From: Candidatus Terrybacteria bacterium
GTDB lineage: Bacteria > Patescibacteriota > Minisyncoccia > UBA9983
Direction of reading: 5' to 3'
Assembly: GCA_016208535.1 (NCBI GenBank)
Contig: JACQXW010000021.1
Span: forward strand, 1-39,267
Length of the DNA: 39,267 bases
The position numbers and the translations under genes are program-made. The notes beneath the pieces are model-generated. The model saw only the letters and a list, made by a program, of their open reading frames with translations. It was not told the DNA's origin and did no database searches. Each line of letters opens with the position of its first letter. Positions within the stretch are counted from its first letter, which is position 1. This document shows positions 1 to 7,970 of this stretch, piece by piece.

Positions 1-114
1 CAGGAACTTATCAGATTCGTGAATTACTACAACGCGGTCAAACCCCACAAAGGAATTAACAATATGACACCAATGGAAAAACTTATCAGTTATTTTTATC
101 CAAAGGAATTGTAA
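1..114 (+). mobile_element. 3' end of a DDE (integrase-core/rve type) transposase gene; 5' part lies outside the window
   Basis: Frame 1 reads QELIRFVNYYNAVKPHKGINNMTPMEKLISYFYPKEL then a stop at 112-114. The YYN..(K/R)PH......TP.E tail is typical of IS3/IS481-like transposase C-termini. Confidence 0.5.
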
Positions 115-144
115 AGAACGCTACGATTTCTTACAAATAAACCT

Positions 145-1587
145 ATGAGTTTAGAGGATATACGAAATGAACGAATTAGAAAATTGAATCTTTTGAAAGA
201 AAAGGGGATTGAGCCGTATCCGGTTTCAGTTGAGCGGGATTTTAGTGTTGCTGAGATTTTGAAGAATTTTTCAAAACTTTCCAAAAAGAAAAAGCCGTTT
301 TTTGTGGTGGGAAGAATTATGGCTATGCGGATGCATGGCGGAGCCGGTTTTTTTAATATCAATGATGGTTCGGCTTCTATCCAGGCTTACATAAAAAAAG
401 ACGATATTAGGACGGAGCAGTTTGATTTATTTAATGACACTGTTGATATCGGCGATTTTGTGGAGCTAAGGGGAACGCTTTTTATAACTAAAACCAAAGA
501 AAAGACAATAAAAGTTTCCCAATGGAGGATTATTGCTAAAAGTCTGCGGCCTCTGCCGGAAAAATGGTACGGCCTGCAGGATATTGAGGAGAAATTCAGG
601 AAGAGGTATTTGGATTTATTGATGAATGACGAAGTGAAGCAAAGATTTTTATTGCGTTCAAAAATAATTTCCGAAATAAGAAATTTTTTAGACAAAGAAA
701 ACTTTATTGAAGTGGAAACTCCGATTCTTCAGCATCTGGCTGGCGGCGCTCTGGCAGAACCGTTCAAGACTCATCATAACACCCTGGATATGGAGTTATA
801 TCTCCGCATCGCGCCTGAATTATATCTTAAAAAATTATTGATAGGAGGCTTTGAAAAAGTTTACGAATTGGGAAGAAACTTCAGGAACGAGGGGATTGAT
901 GCCACCCATAACCCAGAATTCACCATGATCGAGGTTTATGAGGCCTATCAGGATGCCGAGGGTTTACGCAAATTTATCGAAAAAATAATAAAAGCTCTGA
1001 TTAAAAAATTATCCAAAAAAAATCTCAAAAAATTCAACACTATTTCTTATTTTGATGTTTTAAAAAGATTTGCCTTAATAACCGATATTGAAAAGGCGTC
1101 CCGGGATAGTTTAATATTAAAGGCCCAGCAATTTGGAATAAAAGTGGAAACTTTTGAAAGCAGAGAAAAGATAATGGATAATATTTTTAAAAAAATCTGC
1201 CGGCCGAAGATAGTCCAACCGACTTTTGTTGTTGATTATCCAGCTGGTTCCTCGCCTTTAGCCAAAAGAAAAGAAGGCAACTGGGAAATGATAGATAGAT
1301 TTCAGTTAATAATTGATGGTGTGGAAGTGGCCAACGGGTTTTCCGAACTCAATGACCCAATTGACCAAAGAAACAGATTTATTGAACAAGACAAGGCGCG
1401 GGAAAAGGGCGAGAAAGAAGTTTCGCCAAGCGATGAGGATTATCTGGAGGCAATGGAATACGGCATGCCTCCAGCAAGCGGATTCGGAATCGGCATAGAC
1501 CGTCTGGTGATGCTTCTCACAAACACTCACAACATCCGTGAAGTCATTCTTTTCCCAATCTTAAGGCCGAAGGATAGTAATCAGTAA
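145..1587 (+). CDS. lysS: lysyl-tRNA synthetase, class II
   Basis: 480-aa ORF with an OB-fold N-domain and class II core motifs (FRNEGID, EFTMIE, GFGIGIDRLVML) typical of LysRS. Confidence 0.95.
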   Translation: MSLEDIRNERIRKLNLLKEKGIEPYPVSVERDFSVAEILKNFSKLSKKKKPFFVVGRIMAMRMHGGAGFFNINDGSASIQAYIKKDDIRTEQFDLFNDTVDIGDFVELRGTLFITKTKEKTIKVSQWRIIAKSLRPLPEKWYGLQDIEEKFRKRYLDLLMNDEVKQRFLLRSKIISEIRNFLDKENFIEVETPILQHLAGGALAEPFKTHHNTLDMELYLRIAPELYLKKLLIGGFEKVYELGRNFRNEGIDATHNPEFTMIEVYEAYQDAEGLRKFIEKIIKALIKKLSKKNLKKFNTISYFDVLKRFALITDIEKASRDSLILKAQQFGIKVETFESREKIMDNIFKKICRPKIVQPTFVVDYPAGSSPLAKRKEGNWEMIDRFQLIIDGVEVANGFSELNDPIDQRNRFIEQDKAREKGEKEVSPSDEDYLEAMEYGMPPASGFGIGIDRLVMLLTNTHNIREVILFPILRPKDSNQ

Positions 1588-1597
1588 TAAGTAAGTT
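1577..1597 (+). repeat. heptamer array gtaatca gtaataa gtaagtt spanning the lysS stop codon
   Basis: Three GTAAnnn units. The 11-mer gtaatcagtaa is identical to 18335-18345 at the end of ctpA. Confidence 0.6.
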
Positions 1598-1604
1598 AGA
1601 TTGG

Positions 1605-1630
1605 CTGTGGAAGTTATCCACAGTTTTTTA
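1605..1630 (+). terminator. rho-independent terminator after lysS
   Basis: Stem ctgtgg/ccacag with a 7-nt loop, followed by a T-run (tttttt). Confidence 0.6.
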
Positions 1631-1645
1631 TTTGTAAATATAGAG

Positions 1646-1707
1646 AAGTGGTGTATAGTGTTAATAAAGTGGGTAAAAGTGGATAAGTCTGTGGATAATG
1701 TGGATAA
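1646..1707 (+). promoter_or_regulatory. six phased GTGG/GTGT boxes (MraZ-operator-like) just upstream of mraZ; the last three also match the DnaA-box 9-mer
   Basis: GTGG or GTGT starts at 1648, 1658, 1669, 1679, 1691 and 1700, spaced 9-12 nt. A possible -35 TTGTAA (1632-1637) and -10 TATAGT (1654-1659) overlap the boxes. Confidence 0.45.
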
Positions 1708-1716
1708 CTTAAAAAT

Positions 1717-2151
1717 ATGTTAATCGGCGAATACAAACATAGTCTTGATCCTAAAAAACGAGTGGCAATTCCAGCTAAATTCAGGAAGGAGATAGGCGAA
1801 AAAGCAGTGGTAACAAGGGGTTTAGATCAATGCCTTTTTGTTTATCCTATGTCTGAGTGGGAAAAGGTGGCTGAAAAACTCAGTGAGCTTCCGACCGGCT
1901 CAGCTGACACAAGAAATTTCGTCCGCCTTTTCCTCTCAGGCGCGACAGATGTGGAAATTGATGCCTTGGGTAGAATATTAATTCCAGATTATCTTAAACA
2001 GTTTGCCGGATTAAAAGAAAAAGTTGTCATAGTTGGAGTACATAAGCGTCTGGAAATATGGAACGAAGAAAATTGGGAGAATTACAGGCAGCGCCTTGAA
2101 AAACAGACAGATATTTTGGCAGAAAAACTTGGAGAATTAGGGGCTTACTGA
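1717..2151 (+). CDS. mraZ: transcriptional regulator MraZ
   Basis: 144 aa. N-terminus MLIGEYKHSLDPKKRVAIPAKFR, a second LGRILIP half, and first position of the dcw cluster. Confidence 0.95.
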   Translation: MLIGEYKHSLDPKKRVAIPAKFRKEIGEKAVVTRGLDQCLFVYPMSEWEKVAEKLSELPTGSADTRNFVRLFLSGATDVEIDALGRILIPDYLKQFAGLKEKVVIVGVHKRLEIWNEENWENYRQRLEKQTDILAEKLGELGAY

Positions 2152-2152
2152 T

Positions 2153-3070
2153 ATGGCGCACATTCCAGTTCTTTTAAAAGAGGTAATTCATTATCTTGAC
2201 CTTCAGCCAGGCGATACGATTTTGGACGCGACAATTGATGGCGGAGGGCACGCGGCGGAAATACTTAAAGCGATTGGCAAAAATGGGAAGCTGATTGGAA
2301 TAGAACAAGACAAAGAAATATTAGAGCAACTGGAATTAAGAATTAAGAATAAAGAATTAAATAGTAATTTAATTTTGATAAATGGAAATTTTAGGGATTT
2401 GGACGAATTGATCGCACCTTACAATATAAAATCAATCAATGGCGCGATATTTGATTTAGGAATGAGTTCTTTGCAGTTAAAGGAATCAGGCAGGGGATTT
2501 TCATTCCAAAAAAATGAACCGTTATTAATGACTTTTAAATCTAAAATATGGCCGGATGATTTGACTACAAAAGAAATAATTAATAGATGGAATGAAAAAG
2601 AGATTGCCGACGTCCTTTATGAATACGGCGAAGAAAGATATGGCAGGAGAATAGCTAAAGGCATTGTTGAGGCAAGAAAAAAAGAACCGATTGAAACAAC
2701 TTTTGATTTAGTGGATGTAATTCGCGTAAATGTGCCGGCGGCATACAGAAATCCGCCAGCTGGCGGAAGAAGAATTAATTGCTGCACCAGAACTTTCCAG
2801 GCTCTGCGTATTGCAGTGAATGATGAGTTAAAAGCACTAGAAGAGGGAATTGAGAAAACATGGAATTTGCTTTCAAAAAAATCGAAACTGGTGGTGATTT
2901 CCTTTCATTCCTTGGAAGACAGAATAGTAAAAAATTTTTTTAGAGAGAAATTTAAAAATAATAAAGAAGGAATAATTTTGACAAAAAAACCAGTTACCCC
3001 CGCAGAAGAGGAAATAAAATTAAACCCCGCTTCAGCCAGCGCAAAATTGCGAGCGATAGAAAAATTATGA
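2153..3070 (+). CDS. rsmH: 16S rRNA (cytosine1402-N4)-methyltransferase RsmH
   Basis: 305 aa with HIPVLLKEV, DATIDGGGH, TRTFQALRIAVNDEL and SFHSLEDR motifs. Confidence 0.95.
   Translation: MAHIPVLLKEVIHYLDLQPGDTILDATIDGGGHAAEILKAIGKNGKLIGIEQDKEILEQLELRIKNKELNSNLILINGNFRDLDELIAPYNIKSINGAIFDLGMSSLQLKESGRGFSFQKNEPLLMTFKSKIWPDDLTTKEIINRWNEKEIADVLYEYGEERYGRRIAKGIVEARKKEPIETTFDLVDVIRVNVPAAYRNPPAGGRRINCCTRTFQALRIAVNDELKALEEGIEKTWNLLSKKSKLVVISFHSLEDRIVKNFFREKFKNNKEGIILTKKPVTPAEEEIKLNPASASAKLRAIEKL
2333..2367 (+). repeat. heptamer array gaattaa gaattaa gaataaa gaattaa atagtaa inside rsmH
   Basis: Five 7-nt units translated as LRIKNKELNSN. Same unit family as 7941-7975. Confidence 0.6.
2752..2767. 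repeat. perfect 16-nt palindrome tccgccagctggcgga inside rsmH
   Basis: The sequence is self-complementary. It is a GC-rich island in AT-rich coding sequence and encodes PPAGG just before the conserved TRTFQALRI block. Confidence 0.7.
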
Positions 3071-3381
3071 CAAAAATAGTAAAAAGTTTATCTGAATACA
3101 AAGAGGTTAATGCAACATTAATAAAATTAATGTTAGTTGCTATTTTTTCAATTTGCATTTTTTATCTTTATTTTATGAGCATCACTGTCAATGCCGTTAT
3201 TGAAAACCGGCAAAACACAAAGAGTTTGGATAGACTCGGCCAGGAATATCAAAAACTGGAAACTCAATACCTTTTTCTTATTGGGCAATTTGACATGGAT
3301 TATGCCCGCCTTTTGGGTTTTGTTGACCAAAACAAAAAATCAGAATATGTGACGCGCCAGAGTATTTTTGCCCAGCGTTAA
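3067..3381 (+). CDS. small single-pass membrane protein, FtsL-like by position
   Basis: 104 aa with one N-terminal TM helix and a coiled-coil-like tail. It lies between rsmH and ftsI, and its start overlaps the rsmH stop (ATGA). Confidence 0.5.
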   Translation: MTKIVKSLSEYKEVNATLIKLMLVAIFSICIFYLYFMSITVNAVIENRQNTKSLDRLGQEYQKLETQYLFLIGQFDMDYARLLGFVDQNKKSEYVTRQSIFAQR

Positions 3382-5095
3382 TATGAAAGAGGGATTTAAA
3401 TTCCGAATCCGCTTAATTTATCTGTTTATTTTTTTATTCGGCGCTGTTTTAACAACCCGCCTTTTTTTTATTCAAGTGGTCAAGGGAAACTATTACGAAG
3501 ACCTTGCCAATCAGCAGTATGTTGCGCCGGCTGGGGAATATTTTGACAGGGGGTCAATTTATTTTAAAGAAAAAAACGGCCAGATTTTTTCAGCGGCTGT
3601 TATAAAAAAAGGCTTTCAGTTGGCTGTAAATCCTAAAATTCTTGAAAATTCCGAGGATGCTTATCAAAAATTGTCGGAAATAATAGTTTTGGATAAAAAT
3701 GATTTTTTTCAGCGCGTCAAAAAAAAGGATGATCCCTATGAGATAGTGGCTCGTCGGCTTGATAATGAAACCGCGAAAAAAATCAGTGATTTAAAAATAA
3801 AAGGAGTAAATGTGTTTTTGGAAAATTGGCGTCATTATCCCGCCGACAATCTTGCCTCTCATATTCTTGGTTTTGTCGGCTATAAAAAAGATTTTTTACT
3901 TGGCCGCTACGGCTTGGAACAATATTATGAAAATATTTTAAGCAGAGGCGAAGAAAATAATTTTATCAATTCTTTTGCGGAAATTTTTACTGACATTAAA
4001 AAGAGTATTATTAATAATCCTGAAAAAGGGGACATTGTTCTGACTATTGAACCCACTGTCCAATCCCTGCTTGAAAAAACACTTGAGAAAACAATGGAAA
4101 AATACAAGAGCCAGCTGGCTGGAGGAATCATAATTGAGCCGAAGACCGGGAAGATTTTGGCAATGGCGGTTAAGCCTGATTTTAATCCTAATTTTTATAA
4201 CGAAGTTAAGGATCTCTCTATCTTTATAAATCCTTTAGTGGAAAACGTTTTTGAAATGGGGTCTATTATGAAGCCGCTCACCTTGGCTGCCGGCCTTGAT
4301 CAAGAAAAAATCACTCCCCAGACAACTTATGAAAATAAGGGCTATGTGACTATCAACGGAAAACGAATTGAAAATTATGATATTGATAAATATCTGGGCA
4401 AGAGAACAATGCAGGAGGTGCTGAATTATTCTCTTAACAGCGGAGTAATTTTTGCAATGCAGCAAATGGGAAAAGAAAAATTCCAGGAATATTTGATTAA
4501 TTACGGCTTTACAGAAAAAACAAATATTGATCTTTCCCAGGAGACGACAGGCATGCTCTCCAATGTGATTGATAGTCCGCGAGAAATAGAGTATGCCACA
4601 GCCTCTTTTGGCCAGGGAATTGCTGTCACACCCATTGCAATGACAACGGCTCTTTCCTCGCTCGCCAATGGAGGGGTTTTAATGAAGCCGTATGTTGTTG
4701 AAGAAATAAAAATCAAGGAAGGTAAGGATATAAAAATCGAACCTCAGGTCAAAAAACAGGTTTTAAAAAAGGAATCTGCTGAGGAAATAAGCCAGATGCT
4801 GGTTGAGGTTTTTGACAAAGCTTTGATGGACGGAATTTATAAGATAGAACATTACTCTGTGGCAGCCAAGACCGGCACGGCCCAAGTTATCAAGGAAGGT
4901 GAGAAAGGTTATGAGGAAGGAGAATATATTCATACTTTTTTTGGATATGCGCCTGCTTTTGACGCGAAATTTTTAACTTTTCTTTTATTAGTTAAGCCTC
5001 AAGGAGTAAGGTATGCCTCGCATTCGCTTTCCGAGCCGTTTGTAAATATTGTCAAATTTTTGCTAAACTATTATAAAGTGGCGCCGGACAGATAA
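3368..5095 (+). CDS. ftsI: peptidoglycan D,D-transpeptidase (class B PBP, FtsI-like)
   Basis: 575 aa with an N-terminal TM helix and SxxK (SIMKP), SxN (SLNSG) and KTG (KTGTA) motifs. An alternative start lies at 3383. Confidence 0.88.
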   Translation: MPSVNMKEGFKFRIRLIYLFIFLFGAVLTTRLFFIQVVKGNYYEDLANQQYVAPAGEYFDRGSIYFKEKNGQIFSAAVIKKGFQLAVNPKILENSEDAYQKLSEIIVLDKNDFFQRVKKKDDPYEIVARRLDNETAKKISDLKIKGVNVFLENWRHYPADNLASHILGFVGYKKDFLLGRYGLEQYYENILSRGEENNFINSFAEIFTDIKKSIINNPEKGDIVLTIEPTVQSLLEKTLEKTMEKYKSQLAGGIIIEPKTGKILAMAVKPDFNPNFYNEVKDLSIFINPLVENVFEMGSIMKPLTLAAGLDQEKITPQTTYENKGYVTINGKRIENYDIDKYLGKRTMQEVLNYSLNSGVIFAMQQMGKEKFQEYLINYGFTEKTNIDLSQETTGMLSNVIDSPREIEYATASFGQGIAVTPIAMTTALSSLANGGVLMKPYVVEEIKIKEGKDIKIEPQVKKQVLKKESAEEISQMLVEVFDKALMDGIYKIEHYSVAAKTGTAQVIKEGEKGYEEGEYIHTFFGYAPAFDAKFLTFLLLVKPQGVRYASHSLSEPFVNIVKFLLNYYKVAPDR

Positions 5096-5098
5096 AAT

Positions 5099-6397
5099 AT
5101 GATTAAACAAATTCTTAAAAAAATTATTGTTTTTCTTTTACAAACAGAAGCGAAATTAATTCTTCGCAAATATAAGCCGAAGATTGTGGCTGTTTCGGGA
5201 ACAGTAGGTAAGACATCTGCCAAAGACGCCATTGCCTTGGTGCTGGGGAATAAATTTAGCGTCCGCAAGAGCGAAAAAAGCTATAACAGCGAAATCGGAG
5301 TGCCCCTCACCATCATTGGCGCCAGAAGCGCCTGGAATAATTTTTTCCAATGGATTTTTATTTTATTTAAGGGCCTGAAAGTTTTTTTTAGAGAAAAAAA
5401 TTATCCCCAGTGGCTTATTCTGGAGATGGGCGTGGACAGGCCTAAAGATATGGAGCGCCTGGTAAAATGGATCAGGCCGGATATTGCAATTATTACGACC
5501 TTGGTGGAAATTCCAGTTCATGTGGAATATTTTAAGGGCCCTGAAGAATTGATAAAAGAAAAGATAAAATTAATTAAAAAACTCAAGCCGGAAAATTACG
5601 CCATTTTAAATGGCGATGACAAAATTCTTCCTGAATTAAAAGAAAAAACAGAGGCAAACATAATCACCTACGGGTTTTCGGAAAATCTTGATTTAATTGC
5701 CTCAAATTACCATCTTTCTTCAGAAGGCATTACTTTTAAAATTGACTACAAGGGGAATATTGTTCCTATCAGGATTCCCGGTGTTTTTGGCAGGCAGTAT
5801 GTTTACAGCGCCTTAACAGGCATTACTGTAGGCATTTCCCAGGGATTGAATTTGGTGGAGGCAGCTGAGGCGCTTTCAAAATTTAAGCCTCCTCCTGGCC
5901 GGCTCAATCTCATAGAGGGTATAAAAAATTCCTTCATTTTTGACGATAGTTATAATTCTTCACCCATTGCCGCAGCCGCAGCCTTAGAGGCCTTAAAAGA
6001 GCTTTCCGAATATATGTCAACAATCAAGCCGGGCCGGAAGATCGCTGTTCTTGGCGATATGCTGGAATTGGGAAAATTTACCATTGATGAGCATAAAAAA
6101 GTGGGGAAACTGGTTAAAGAAATCGGAGCAGATTTGCTTTTCACGGTTGGCCCGCGGTCAAAATTCACAACTGAGGAGGCGCAGGCCGTTGGATTTGATC
6201 CGAAAAATATTTTTGAATTTTCAACATCTGACGAGGCAAAAAAAGCGGTGCAGGAAAAAATTCAGGAAAACGACTTGATTCTGGTGAAAGGCTCTCAATC
6301 AATGCGGATGGAAAAAATCGTGGAAGAGATAATGGCCCATCCGGAATTAAAAGAGCAACTCCTTGCCAGGCAAGAAAAAGAGTGGCAGAATAGATAA
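5099..6397 (+). CDS. murF: UDP-N-acetylmuramoyl-tripeptide--D-alanyl-D-alanine ligase
   Basis: 432-aa Mur ligase with P-loop SGTVGKTS. DDSYNSSP and VLGDMLELG...H motifs are characteristic of MurF. Confidence 0.85.
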   Translation: MIKQILKKIIVFLLQTEAKLILRKYKPKIVAVSGTVGKTSAKDAIALVLGNKFSVRKSEKSYNSEIGVPLTIIGARSAWNNFFQWIFILFKGLKVFFREKNYPQWLILEMGVDRPKDMERLVKWIRPDIAIITTLVEIPVHVEYFKGPEELIKEKIKLIKKLKPENYAILNGDDKILPELKEKTEANIITYGFSENLDLIASNYHLSSEGITFKIDYKGNIVPIRIPGVFGRQYVYSALTGITVGISQGLNLVEAAEALSKFKPPPGRLNLIEGIKNSFIFDDSYNSSPIAAAAALEALKELSEYMSTIKPGRKIAVLGDMLELGKFTIDEHKKVGKLVKEIGADLLFTVGPRSKFTTEEAQAVGFDPKNIFEFSTSDEAKKAVQEKIQENDLILVKGSQSMRMEKIVEEIMAHPELKEQLLARQEKEWQNR

Positions 6398-6399
6398 TA

Positions 6400-6518
6400 A
6401 ATCCGAAGCACGAAGCACGGAATCCGAAACAAATCCAAATGTTTAAAATTCAAAAGTTTAAAATTTAGAATTTAATTATTGTTTCGAATTTCGGATTTAG
6501 AATTTCGAATTTAAAATT
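6400..6518. repeat. 17-unit (119 nt) heptamer array with dyad symmetry, filling the murF to tRNA-Glu spacer
   Basis: Units: aatccga agcacga agcacgg aatccga aacaaat ccaaatg tttaaaa ttcaaaa gtttaaa atttaga atttaat tattgtt tcgaatt tcggatt tagaatt tcgaatt taaaatt. The right arm is the reverse complement of the left-arm unit types. Confidence 0.85.
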
Positions 6519-6520
6519 TT

Positions 6521-6595
6521 GGCCCTATCGTCTAGCCCGGTCTAGGACATCAGGTTCTCATCCTGAAAACACCGGTTCAAATCCGGTTAGGGTCA
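6521..6595 (+). tRNA. tRNA-Glu (anticodon CTC)
   Basis: 75-nt cloverleaf: acceptor GGCCCTA/TAGGGTC, anticodon stem TCAGG/CCTGA with loop TTCTCAT, T-arm CCGGTTCAAATCCGG. Confidence 0.9.
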
Positions 6596-6600
6596 CAAAA

Positions 6601-6705
6601 AAACTGGCGGAAATAAAAAGGGTCTCTCTGAATAAAATCGCGGAACAAACTTTCGAGAACGATAAGAAAGTTTTTAATTTGGGTTGCAAAGTTTTGGCGG
6701 TTTAG
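6601..6705 (+). pseudogene. relic of the 3' end of a TatD-family hydrolase gene
   Basis: An in-frame read gives KLAEIKRVSLNKIAEQTFENDKKVFNLGCKVLAV*. It resembles the TatD C-terminal consensus (..iAe.kg.s.eeia..T..N..k.F.l). No upstream coding part exists, because the tRNA lies there. Confidence 0.45.
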
Positions 6706-6711
6706 TATAAT
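6684..6711 (+). promoter_or_regulatory. sigma70-like promoter for the 6751 ORF
   Basis: -35 TTGCAA (6684-6689), 16-nt spacer, consensus -10 TATAAT (6706-6711). A strong SD AGGAGG lies at 6736-6741. Confidence 0.45.
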
Positions 6712-6750
6712 TAGATACAGGAAGCATATTAAAAAAGGAGGTATGAAAGA

Positions 6751-7068
6751 ATGAAAGATTTAATTATAATCATCATCGCCGGCTTTTTGATGGTCATTAT
6801 AGTTTCTAAATGGCTACTCCAAGCCGTAAAAGAAGATGATGGCTTGGAATTGAAAGAACAAGGGATTAAGTGTCCCAGGTGTGGAAAAAATAATTTAGTA
6901 GGAGGAGTAAATCTGACAATTAAAAATTTCTTTATTACAGTAATATTGAGAATTCCTACTACTGAAAAATCATACAAAATAGAGTGTAAAAGCTGCGGCC
7001 ACTTTTGGGATGGCGCCAATATAATATCAAGCCTTAAGCTTAAAAAAATGAAGAGGTTCGGCCTCTAA
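6751..7068 (+). CDS. hypothetical membrane-anchored zinc-ribbon protein
   Basis: 105 aa with an N-terminal TM helix and CPRCG...CKSCG (CxxC x2). It has its own promoter-like element, a canonical SD and a terminator. Confidence 0.6.
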   Translation: MKDLIIIIIAGFLMVIIVSKWLLQAVKEDDGLELKEQGIKCPRCGKNNLVGGVNLTIKNFFITVILRIPTTEKSYKIECKSCGHFWDGANIISSLKLKKMKRFGL

Positions 7069-7097
7069 AAAACAAAGGGAATAAGGATGAGGATGAA

Positions 7098-7130
7098 GGG
7101 GCGAAAGAAATTTTGCCCCCTTTTCTTTTG
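7098..7130 (+). terminator. rho-independent terminator
   Basis: Stem ggggc/gcccc, followed by ttttctttt. Confidence 0.6.
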
Positions 7131-7169
7131 CGAATTAAATTATTATTTGATAAAGTAGGTATACAAGCT

Positions 7170-7970
7170 ATGGAAAACAAAAAAATAATAAGATTGGTGT
7201 TGATGATTATAGCCGTCATTGGTTTGCTGATTTTGGTTTTTTATCCCAGAATTTCGGAAACCGGATTATCCGGGTTTTCTTTATTTCCAGAGCACAAGGG
7301 GCCGGTTGTTTCCAATCCTTTTGAAAATCTCAATCTTGAGGCTAAAGCGGTCTATGTTTTTGATTTAGCAAGAAACGAGCCGATTTTTGAATTAAATTCT
7401 CGGGCTCAACTGCCTCTTGCCAGTCTGACTAAAATTATGACTGTGCTTGTGGCAAAAGAAATAAGTTTCCAAGGGGAATCCTTGGATAATATTATTGACT
7501 CTGCCTTGGCGCAGTCTTCCAATGAAGCAGCGAGCGCCCTTGCCTCAATGGACAACAATTTTATCAATCTTATGAATAAAAAGGCGAAGGAATTAAATTT
7601 GCGCCAAACATATTTTTTAAATGAAACCGGATTGGATATTTCCCGGCAGATTTCCGGCGGATACGGCTCAGCCCAGGATGTCGCCAAATTAATCAAATAT
7701 GCAATTAAAAATAATCCGGAGTTATTTGAGGCCACAACCAACGGCGAATCTAATAGTAATATCTATGCTTCCAGCACTACATTACTCATTGCCTCAAAAA
7801 CAGGTTTTACAGATCTGGCTGGCGGCAATCTGGCTGTAATCTTTGACGCCGGATTTGAACACCCAATTGCTGTGGTGGTATTGGGCTCTACAAAAGAAGG
7901 AAGATTCACTGATGTGGAGAAATTGATTAAAGCAACGTTTAAGAATTTAGAATTAAGAATTAAGAATTAA
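7170..7970 (+). CDS. D-alanyl-D-alanine carboxypeptidase (peptidase S11 type)
   Basis: SxxK (SLTKIM), SxN (SSNEAA), KTG (KTGFT) and an N-terminal TM helix. The start is set at MENKK (7170) because the upstream ATG at 7113 lies inside the terminator. Confidence 0.85.
   Translation: MENKKIIRLVLMIIAVIGLLILVFYPRISETGLSGFSLFPEHKGPVVSNPFENLNLEAKAVYVFDLARNEPIFELNSRAQLPLASLTKIMTVLVAKEISFQGESLDNIIDSALAQSSNEAASALASMDNNFINLMNKKAKELNLRQTYFLNETGLDISRQISGGYGSAQDVAKLIKYAIKNNPELFEATTNGESNSNIYASSTTLLIASKTGFTDLAGGNLAVIFDAGFEHPIAVVVLGSTKEGRFTDVEKLIKATFKNLELRIKN

Noticed and set aside
1614-1707. DnaA-box cluster as the chromosomal replication origin
   Set aside because: I did not call it oriC. There is no dnaA/dnaN nearby and no obvious AT-rich unwinding element. 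One box is part of the lysS terminator stem, and the 10-nt phasing directly upstream of mraZ fits an MraZ operator better. It is kept as an open alternative in the findings.
6400-6518. Possibility that the repeat arrays are CRISPR arrays
   Set aside because: The units are 7 nt, contiguous and degenerate. There are no unique spacers of 25-40 nt and no cas genes in the window. This is not CRISPR architecture.
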